Of a stretch of 64,000 nucleotides of DNA, positions 25,753-35,700 are shown one piece after another (positions within the stretch are counted from its first letter, which is position 1; each line of letters opens with the position of its first letter). The DNA is from Hydrolagus colliei (lineage: Eukaryota), in the NCBI GenBank assembly GCA_035084275.1, contig CM068748.1:9052001-9116000 (forward strand), in the 5' to 3' direction. The notes beneath the pieces were generated by a model. That model was not told the DNA's origin, made no database searches, and saw nothing but the letters and a program-made list of their open reading frames with translations. A program made the translations under genes and the position numbers.

Positions 25753-26143
25753 CTGTACTTGGCGTTCTTCCTCCCTCCTGCCGAGTCCTTTATCCTCTGA
25801 GGTAGTCCAGCTCTTTTTCTTTTCACTACCAAACAGAGTGGTTACTGATTCCTCTATAACCGATTGTTTTGTGCCCCCCAACTCTTTCTGCAATTCGGTT
25901 CTGGGTTCTGTTTGTTCTGTAATAAGCACGGAGCGTTTTTGTGCCTTCCCATTTAGCGTTTTCCTGTCATGAACCCCCACAGACAAGCCTTCTGCAGGCT
26001 CCTGAACTATTGCTTCATTTGACTGTCGTTCCACACTATGAATGTCCCCATTTTCCTCAGGCTTTGACATTTTTCCATCTGCTTGTCGTTTCTGATAAGA
26101 TGCAGATTCAACGAACACATCCTTGGATTGTTGTTCTTGCCGA
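25753..26143 (-). CDS. ANK3: ANK3 C-terminal regulatory-domain exon
   Basis: 391 bp, phase 2 to 0, tttttttgaag acceptor and CAG|gtatat donor. In frame with ORF 25729..26118. The sequence is divergent, so the call rests on phase and position. Confidence 0.7.
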
Positions 26144-27109
26144 CTTCAAAAAAACATGCAGAAGATTTAATTCAGCATGAACAACACATTGGGTTTGAAA
26201 ATGCAGCATGCACAAACCAAAATTCCTGCATTAATTACCATGGCTAGCACGATCCTCTATTAAATTTATGCACTCCCAAAATTGGGATCCCAAAGGCAGT
26301 TTAAAATTCTGAACTTTTGTCAGATGTTTTGTATTGTTTCCCAGTGAGGGTAAAACACTTAATCATCACTGGAGCTTGCTATTCCAGCAGGACATTTATT
26401 GTCGGGCTATTTTTCATTGGGAGAAAAGGGCCAAAGCCCAAAACATTCTGAAGTAAAGGTGGAAATGCTGATGTGATCTGATAAAATGACAGAACTGGCT
26501 CAGAGGACCAAATGTTAGACCTGCTCAAATATGTTCACATGAATTCATGTTCCTATTGTATGTTCACAGCCATAACAGATAAGAAACTTAGTTTGGATGC
26601 TCAAATTTTTTTACAATTTAAATGAGTAACAATTTGATTTCAGCTGATAGAAGGAATTAGTATTAGAATATTCCCTTTGTGCATTTGCTTTTTATGACAA
26701 TATGTCAGAGCTGGGAATTAAATTATTTCCATTTTAGCAATCAAGCCCATCTTCTCAGGTGCCTCTTACCTTCTATTTTAAACAAGCTCTACCACTGCAG
26801 CATTTCCAGTCTTCACAGTTTATTATTTAGAAAGTGTATTCACATTGACAATGCAATGACAATGACATTGACAATGAAAAGGGCAATTTTACCTTTAATC
26901 AGCATGCACTATGGCCAGTTGTCATGCTGTAGATATTCACCAAATTAAAGAGGCATTCATTTATCTTTTTAAAAAGAACCATTAGGAGAAATCACAAACT
27001 TCTATGTCACCTGTGATTAATATATATCACCATTAAGAACCAAATCTTAAAAAGTGAAAATAGTATACTAGCCATTGCACTTCTTTTTCAACAAACTCTC
27101 ATTTCATTC

Positions 27110-27500
27110 TCAACAACAACAAAATTACATTTGTAGAGCGCCTTTCACGTTAGGCAGATGTCCCAAGGTGCTGGACAAGTGTTTGACCTGAGTTGAGGGA
27201 CAGCATCGGGGAAGTTGGAGGGTGATCAACAAGATGCCAAGGTTCCCGACTGGCTCAGTGAGGTGGAGTGTGCATCCTTGAATGGCGAAGATGTCAATGC
27301 CTGAGGTGTGGAGATGCTAACTGGAGCCAGTGAGGAGGGCCTTGGTCTTGTTGATGTTCAACCGAAGAAAGTTAGCTTTCATCCAGGACTTAATGCCTGA
27401 CAATTATTCTGTCAGGACAGCAGTGGTCCTAGAATTGAGGCTGGAGGCAGAGATAGAGTTGGGTGTCATCTGCATACACAAGGTTGTCTGCGGATTATGT
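27110..27500 (-). mobile_element. Internally deleted L2 remnant
   Basis: L2 tail at ~27110-27175, joined within ~300 bp to RT sequence that includes YADDTQLY (gggtgtcatctgcatac). Confidence 0.75.
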
Positions 27501-27560
27501 CACCCAAGAGTGAGCATATATATATATATATACATATTGTAAAGGAGAAAATTCTCTTAC

Positions 27561-28251
27561 TTAACATCTGGCCGATTTAGACACTCGGTGCTCAGGGTGT
27601 AGCTTTTTGGAGTTGGTGGCTCCACGTCCACACTGGATGCTTCACTGTGCCAACCTGGAACTGTAAAAAAATCTCTCTCGAAATTCTGGGATTGAAGAGC
27701 CTGGAGCTTTTCCTCTGTCAACTCTTCATACTTTGAACCCAGGGTCCCTTCACCCAGTGGAATCTCCTCTTGGCATGTTTTTACTCTTTCTTCTGTCAAT
27801 TCCTCATTGCCTTCCTCTGGCTGGTTAGCAGAGACCTTTTGTTTGGTTACCTTTCCTCCCTCCAGTGATAGGTTGTATTCCTCCTGCTGTGCTTGCTTCG
27901 AAAGCTGAGTATCGGAATCAAACATTTCGCTAATTTCTGTGAACTGATGAAGGTTTGGTTCAGTGCTGGTGCCTACGTTGGCCTCATTGACTTGCCTGTG
28001 CTCTGTGGATACCATTTCATCTTCTAATCGACAAGGCATACCTTCATTACCTTCACTATCTTCCAGTGATATATTCTCAGCCTCTACGATGGGTAGTCTT
28101 GCATTTGTCTCATCATTTAGGTTATGGGGATTTCTAGGGGTTGATTCTACACCATAAAAATCACTAAAATAATCATCACATCTCAGAGGGGTGGGAGGCA
28201 CATAGCGCAATGAAGTAGGTGTCAGGATTTCCGTTTGGATGGAAGGATGAC
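27561..28251 (-). CDS. ANK3: ANK3 C-terminal exon with acidic insert and an internal acceptor at 27654
   Basis: 691 bp, phase 1 to 2. Encodes GHPSIQTEILTPTSLRYVPPTPLRCDDYFSD...EMFDSD...GWHSEASS, resembling the mammalian Ank3 ~195-aa insert plus the GWQNE exon. Confidence 0.85.
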
Positions 28252-30027
28252 CTGAGTGGACAAACACAATGGCACTAGCTACAGACCACATGTAGTAACA
28301 CAATCATAGAAACATGATATCTATCACGGCATGATATGTTCACAAAGGTAATGAAATGCAATTGTAATCTCATGGTTATTCGGTGCATTACTATTATTCC
28401 ATGCAAGTGGCAAAGAGATAAATATCAAATCCCTATTCCATTATAGTCCTTATGCTACTTTCACTTTGCATCATCTTAATCATTAAATTCAGCTCTATCA
28501 CCCTTTTTTAAAAAAAGGAGGAATATTTAAATTTATATTTAAATTCCACAGAATTATGTATTTTATTCAAGCTTAATTTATCTTTGTCAAAATATGAATA
28601 TGCATACTTGACAAGGACACTGTCAAAAGGAATTCTTGAAATATGTTTTCTCTACTACATGAAATAAATGAAAATTAAAACTTAGTTCCAATTATCAAGA
28701 ATTTTTATTTCCCCAAACCTGTTTTAAGGAAATAATTCTGAAGGAACAATTTTATTCTGTGTTTCCCATCTTTTTAAAGGAATAAACCAAGGCCAAAAAT
28801 CAGCTAAAGTAAGGTAATGAATCAAGATGTTGAATTTTAATATTTATGTGTTTAGTGAATGTGAATAGAACAGCCGATTGGAATTACAAATATATATTAT
28901 GCCTCAGCAACAGCAGCGATGTGCATTATTTACTATATAACAATAATGATGGAGCAATTTGTGGCATTATTTTGGTATATTTACACAAATTGTACCTCGA
29001 AGAGTAATTATTTTTGCTGATTATCTGACTTATAATACCTATAGACTAATACATATGAATTGAAGAGGTTGCCATTTGTATAATCTGCTTGTTATAATCA
29101 GCTAGCTTCAAACATAAACTTGATAAATCTTCAGATTGGCAAATTATGCCACATATACTATAACCCTGTACAATTCCTAGAACAGTGGAAAACAGTGATG
29201 AACAGGTAGCGAGACTAGAAAGCATATGAAGTAAGGAGTTTCTAAAGGAGGATTTCAGATGCAGTGGATCGCTTTGATAGTGCTGACTGTGGTGAGTGAG
29301 CAGATCTCGGTGAACTCGAGGAAAATTGCATAGACAAGCACACTGATTAAAAGAAAAGAGAACACAGTTTTAAACAACTGTTAGCATACAGACAGCAGAA
29401 GAAACAACTACAGAGCTTAAACAGATTTTTAACGCGCATTAAGTAAAATATCTATTGGATGCAGAATAGGGTAAGAACTAAATAGGAAGTGAATCTAATT
29501 TATCTTTAAGCAGGCAGGAGGATCACTGGTAGAGCTTCCCCATAATCAGCTGAGAGGATGGCAGAGGTCTTGACAGAGGAAAGAGCAGCCAGGAAGGTTC
29601 AGAGAAGAGTAGCGTTAAGTGGAGAGAAAGGAGCTACGACTAAGCAGCTATATCTGTGCAAAAAAACCATAAAAAGACTGAAGACATTGAAAAGTAGAAA
29701 ATAAGTACACTAGAATTTGACATCTAACTTGCTTTTAAAGCCACCGAATACAGTGCAATCAGGAAAAAATTAACACTCTTTGTCATATAAAGCCCTTTGT
29801 AATATCGCAATGGAATGATTAAACAATTATTTAACACCAATACACACTAGCTGTCCTATTCTTAAATTAGAACTACTACTTCAATATAACAGGCTAATTT
29901 GCAGGGAAACCCAGCAATATTTTACTTTTCAACATATTGCATTTGCTAATTTTTAAATATGAAAATAAAAGCCGTACAAATTAAATTGAAACTTTGTTTG
30001 CAATACTGTATCTTAAAAAATACTTAC

Positions 30028-30171
30028 CTTCCGACTGGTCCATGAAAACATAGTTATCATCGACAAAGCTTCTTGTGCCAGAAACATTACCATAATCAAA
30101 TATCGGGCCTTCCAGTAGAGTTACAATGTCCATTCGGTTAATCTTTTTCAGTACTGTACTCAAGGCATCAG
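30028..30171 (-). CDS. ANK3: ANK3 death-domain exon 3
   Basis: 144 bp. Encodes DALSTVLKKINRMDIVTLLEGPIFDYGNVSGTRSFVDDNYVFMDQSE. Confidence 0.95.
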
Positions 30172-30453
30172 CTGAAAAAAGAGAAAGCTGTGGTTAACTT
30201 GTGGGATGATGAAATGAAGCAATAATAGGAACAATAAAAATATGGTACAATTATAATAAATACACCTTTAACTGAGAAAGAAAAATAAATATTTTCAAAC
30301 AAGTTTCAGAAAAGGCTGGCAATTTTATATACTGTATAAGGAATACTAACATAGAAATATATTGAATGAAAATGGCAAGCAGCCCATTGACACCTCTCAA
30401 GTAATCAACTCATTAATGTACACAAAGGAAATTATTTTCCCCTTGTAACTTAC

Positions 30454-30585
30454 TGGTAGCATTTTTTCCATCACGATAAACCCATTTCTTCAATAAAATG
30501 AAGCTTTGCGTGGTCAAAGAATTGGGATTTTCAACTCGAATCTGGTTTATATCATCAACTGAAAAGTTCATTTCTCTTGCCAATT
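30454..30585 (-). CDS. ANK3: ANK3 death-domain exon 2
   Basis: 132 bp. Encodes [44 protein letters not shown]. Confidence 0.95.
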
Positions 30586-30896
30586 CTGCAAGGAAGACAG
30601 ACGTGAAAGTTTAAAAAAAAACAATTATTTTCTTAGGCACTAGACAGTCACAGTAATTTGTTATAGCGGCCTTGCACAGAGAATGCAAAACTATACTCTG
30701 ATCAATTATCAATTAATTATCCAATTAAATAAAAGCAAATAATTTTTAATAAGTATAAAATAAATGTATCAAATCCGACAATATGCATTTCACTATAAAA
30801 TCGAAGATTAATATTTAAAATGTCAAATAAGAGCGCATTCGGCATTTGCAGTAGCTCAGATTAGTAATTCTGCACTTCTATCTTCCAAACTCCTTT

Positions 30897-31040
30897 CATA
30901 GAATCATAGAATTTTACGGCACAAAAGGAGGCCATTCAGCCCATCTAGTCTGTACCGGCTCTTTGAAAAGAGTAACTCAATTCCACTGCCCAGCTCTCTC
31001 CCCATAACCTAACAGACTCCCATAACCTAACCTTTCTTCT
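30897..31040 (-). mobile_element. CR1-clade LINE 3' end
   Basis: (CATAGAAT)2, i.e. an ATTCTATG tail on the minus strand, followed by ggaggccattcagcccatc, typical of CR1 3' ends. Confidence 0.75.
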
Positions 31041-31079
31041 GTTTCATGTTGAGTGTGTATACTACTCACCGATGATCAC

Positions 31080-31250
31080 TATTCTATATATCACATCTGA
31101 AACATGGCACCTCTAATAGTGCAAAAACTCCCACAGCACCACATTGGACTATCAGCTTAGACAAGACAATCGGACTCAAAGTCTTGATTTGCACCTCGAA
31201 CTACAAGCTTCTGACTTACAGACAAGAATGTTATCAATTGAGCCAGGGTG
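31080..31250 (-). mobile_element. Deu-domain SINE 5' part
   Basis: ggcacctctaatagtgca...ttctgact...caattgagcca is the reverse complement of the SINE head and Deu start. Confidence 0.6.
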
Positions 31251-31405
31251 ACACCCTTGCAACTAGCAACTTAACAACACCAGAAAAGTATCTAAAATTG
31301 CAATAGAATGGAATAGCAATGGACAAAAAAAAACAGAACTATGATACCTAGTTTTCTGAAAATGCAGAGCAACCCTGTCATATCCCCAATGCAATCCATT
31401 ATGTC

Positions 31406-31812
31406 AGTCTGGCTCAGTTGCTAGTATTCTCACCTCTGGTTCAAACACCCACGCGAGGATTTTGAACTTCTAGCCTAACATGATTACTCGTGTAGTCCTT
31501 CTGAAGAATCGTTATACAGAAGAGAACAAATGTCCTGTATGACTTTTCAGGTGGACATTAAATACCCTATGGCACTATTCAAAAAGAGAAAGGTGTGTCT
31601 CCAACATCTTGACCAATTATCCCCCATGTAAAATTGATCAGTAACTTCACAGTTACTGATCACAGTTGTTCTCTTCTGTATAACGATTCTTCAGAAGGAC
31701 TACACGAGTAATCATGTATGCAGTCAATTCACTTTACAATACATTCTGTGAAGCACTCTGAAACATCTCCATGTCGTGACAATGTGCAACATCAAATGCA
31801 AAGATTATTATT
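31406..31812 (+). mobile_element. Deu-domain SINE containing a 52-bp perfect inverted duplication
   Basis: Head ctggctcagttg, Deu core caggtggacattaaataccctatggcactattc, tail cagtcaattcactttac...caaatgcaaagattattatt. Confidence 0.75.
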
Positions 31813-32068
31813 TCCTGTATATAGTGTATATATTCAGCACATCAAAAATGACATTAGCAACATCCTGAGTAGCAGGATATCAGCTACTTTAACACAGGAA
31901 GCTGGATGTGCCCCATCAATCACAGGACATGAAGGTTAATAGCACACATGCTCTAATTACAGGCACTTAATTACAGGGTTGCCCTGTGTTTGGATTAATA
32001 TAGTGCCTTATCACATTAAAATATCTCAAAATGTTTGTATATTAAGAGACATGAAGATGAAAGTTTAC

Positions 32069-32143
32069 CAGTCCAGCTCAATCCAAGATGATCTGCTACT
32101 ATTGCCATCCTTATGTCCGTCCTTTCACATGGGCTCTGTGGAC
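32069..32143 (-). CDS. ANK3: ANK3 death-domain exon 1
   Basis: 75 bp, phase 1/1. Encodes GPQSPCERTDIRMAIVADHLGLSWT. Confidence 0.96.
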
Positions 32144-32745
32144 CTGCAGTTTGAAACACAGCGTTAAATGGACATTCCCAACTGGCAAAAGTAACATCCA
32201 ACATTTGTCGTAAAGTTACTAGTGCCCAGACTGCAAACAAAATGAATATGCCCTGATGACCTCAACATATACAAATCATTTCACAAGATCTGAAAAAAAA
32301 GTCTAGATTTAGCATTGCTGAATGTTACATTATTTGGTATCATAATGCAATACTGATTATAGGTCTATACATGCTGAGAACACCTAAGTGGTTTATTTTA
32401 ATGTTGTGTAACTAGTGGTGAAGAACAAACTACTGTATGGCTTTTAATGTTTTGTGGGACCAGTATTGCATCCTCTCGTATAACTTACACAGTACTGCAG
32501 AGACGAGAACTAATGTTCTCTGCTACTGCTTGCTGGCATGCTTAACTAACTGAGTTGGAGAGAAAGGGATACAAGACAGCACGAACAATGACGATGACAA
32601 CATGATAGCTAGGATAAACCACGCCACAGGCAATCACAAGAATTCATGCACTAAAGATCAACAAGTCGAAAATTTTACAAACTAGGCTTGATCTCCACGA
32701 TGTGAGCCACGTGAGGCCCAGAAACCTGACTGCTCTCCTCCCCAC

Positions 32746-35700
32746 CAGTCCTTTTACTGTTCCTTGTCTCACTGTCGACCTTTTCAACCTTTGTTTTTAA
32801 AGGCGCTGCCTCTGGTCTCATATCTCTAGGAGACCTCGATGTAATGGAAGGTTGACAAGCTTGACCAGCCTCTGACAATGATGCATTTCTTGATGTGCTG
32901 TCTTCATCATCAGACATCTCTGACTGCACCTTTTTCTCTTCATCAGCAAGACGATCCACAATCTTTAATGTCTCACCACTAATACCTTTAAAATATTCAA
33001 TTGTATGTTTACAGGCCTCACTCAACTGATCTTTTCCTGTTTTAGTGGCAGCAATGTTACGTCTTACCTTAACTGGAAGTCTGGAATAAAACTGCGTAGA
33101 CTTTCCTACCTCCTTCTGCCCCGGGGTTAAAATAGACTGACATTTTGCAGTTAGAGTTGCATTAGATTTGTTTATGTTTTTAACTGGAATTCTAGACTTT
33201 GCTTCTAAACATTTATGAGGCTCTGTTCTTTCCATGAAGTCAATTTTCCTAGACTGTTTCACCTTGCTGTTTTCTGTTTTCTGATCTTTATTCTGACAAA
33301 TTGATGTTCGAGTGCTAGCTATTTTAACTGGAAGTCTTGATTTAGGTATTTTTACTTTTTCTGTATTGTTTTGTTTCTTTTGCTTATCTGCTTTTATTGT
33401 TTCAGTTACAGAACATGCCAATGTACCTGGATCCTCATCAGTTGTTTTAGCTGCTGGTTCAGCTTGTGTTACATCTCTGCCCTGACTGAGGTCAGTTTGT
33501 GTGATTGGGGGATCAAGTTTGTCATTAGAATTAACTACTGATAAATCTGGCCTTTCATATTGTACGTTACACTTCTGACTAACAATTCCAGTTTTATCCG
33601 TAGTAATTTCTAAGATTGTAGTTTCTGAAACCTGGTAACCTAGTATCACAGCATCCGATTTGATTTCCACCATCTCTGCGGCACCCACGTCTTTCTTCAT
33701 AGTCATTGTAGAAGCTGAAATTCCCATTTTTATCGGTGTGCGCAATTTAGGATCACCTTTGGCAGCAATAACTACAGATGGCGATTTGTCCATTGAATTG
33801 CTGCTGGATACCATTTCCAGGCAGTCTCCAACAACCTGGACTTTCTCCTGCTCAACATCTAGTATCTCTACTGGTGACTCAGCTGTTTTGTCCCCTGTCT
33901 GAGACAGTGTTGTAGCTACAAGTGTATTTTGAACCCTNNNNNNNNNNNNNNNNNNNNNNNNNNNNNNNNNNNNNNNNNNNNNNNNNNNNNNNNNNNNNNN
34001 NNNNNNNNNNNNNNNNNNNNNNNNNNNNNNNNNNNNNNNNNNNNNNNNNNNNNNNNNNNNNNNNNNNNNATGAAATGGGAAGGGATTAGGCTCACTACTT
34101 GGAGTGCTCTCATCTGTTGGGGTTCTGGCTGGGGTTGTATCTGGTGTTGTTGCTTGGGACCTGTCCTCTACTGCTAAGCCAAAGGCTTTTTGCTCATCCT
34201 CTCTTAACCTAGCTTCAAAGACTTCATCGTCGCCTCGGCCATTAGACCATGGATCAAAGTCAAGGCCTTTGGTAGCAACAGTTTTAAACTGTGTTGCAAA
34301 TTCTTCCTCTAGTTTGTAACTAAAATAAGAATCATTAAACCCAGTTCTGTCAGGATGCCTGCCTTCCAAAGTGTAGCAAATTAGTCCCGGTTTACCATCA
34401 GTTTGCCCTTCGCCTTTCTTTTCAGAAGTCTGAGCTTTTGAGTGCAAAGGCTGTTCTTCTTCAGCTCCTACCTTTCCTTCTTCCTCAATCACTGCAAGTT
34501 TACCCTGGCTATAGGAACGATCTCCCTGCTTCAATATCCCTTCTGTGACCCACACATCCTTCTTGGCTTCTACTGCCTGATTCAAGGATTTAGAGTCAGT
34601 TTCAGTTAAACCATCATCTTCATCTTGCAGATCATATCCATCCAGAGAGTCAATTTCAGTGGCATCTGTGTCATGGGAGAATTCTGCTGTTGTTGCTATA
34701 GAGCATTCAGTGACTGACTGATCATTATTGCCATTGGCCATTGCATCATTGTCTAAATCAAAGCCATCTATATTTTCAATAGGTAGAAATATATCTTGGG
34801 AACTGCCATTCTTTTCAGGCTGCCCTTTAGTTTTATTTTTCACAGAGTCAACCTTGTCATCTTCTTTGAGTTTAAAGGTATACTTTTTCAATGGAATTGT
34901 CTGAAAGATGGATTCATCACTACTTGAATCACTTTCATCAAGTCCAGGTGGGACAGGAGACGGAGGCTGCACCCTTATAAGTGGTTCAGCCAAAAAGTGT
35001 TTGTCATGCTCTTCTTGCAAATTCAGCTCAATCATTTCTAGCTCATCATCGGAAGGATAGCGTTCTTTCTTAGTCATGTCAGAGGTTTCTGCATCTAAAG
35101 CATTAATTGGAGGCGGTGGAGGGAACTCAATGTACGCGACTCGGTTTTCCTTCATTCGTCTGTCGTTTCCATCCAATTTGGCTGTAAATCTGATTGTTTC
35201 TTTGATGGAGATTGCTTTAGTCATATCTGCCTCGTCTTCGGATTCTTCTGACGCTTCGGGGATTGGACTGGGTTTTCCTTGTAGAACTGGTAATTGTGAA
35301 TCAGGTGTCTTCATTGTAAGGTCATAGCTGATTTCCTCAGAACTTGGTGTTTCAGGTGTAAGAGGACTTTTGCCAGAACTTTCTATGAATGATACTTGTT
35401 CCAAAGTGTCATCTTCTGGACTAGCCTGAGGAGAAGGGGATTGCTTATGTTGTTTAACTGAATAAAAAGTACCCCTCGTTTCGTGTACTGTCCTGCTTTC
35501 CTGACTGAGTCTTTTAAAACCTCCTTGGTGAATACCTGAAGTTTCCTTTTCATACTGTTTGCCCATTTGAACAATACTGACATACACAGGTAAAGTCTTT
35601 ATCTCTTTGAAACCTTCAATACTTGCTAAGGGTGCTACTTTTTCCAAATATTCAATTGGACTTGGGTCAAAGAACTCACTTGAAAATGATTCTTTAAGAG

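Noticed and set aside
26770-26794. 25-nt exon-like segment with an AAG|gtaaga donor
   Set aside because: Not frame-preserving, weak pyrimidine tract, and no homology.
33060-33072. Strong AAG|gtaaga donor inside the giant exon as its true end
   Set aside because: It is phase 0, incompatible with the phase-1 acceptor at 32143, and conserved coding sequence continues beyond it.
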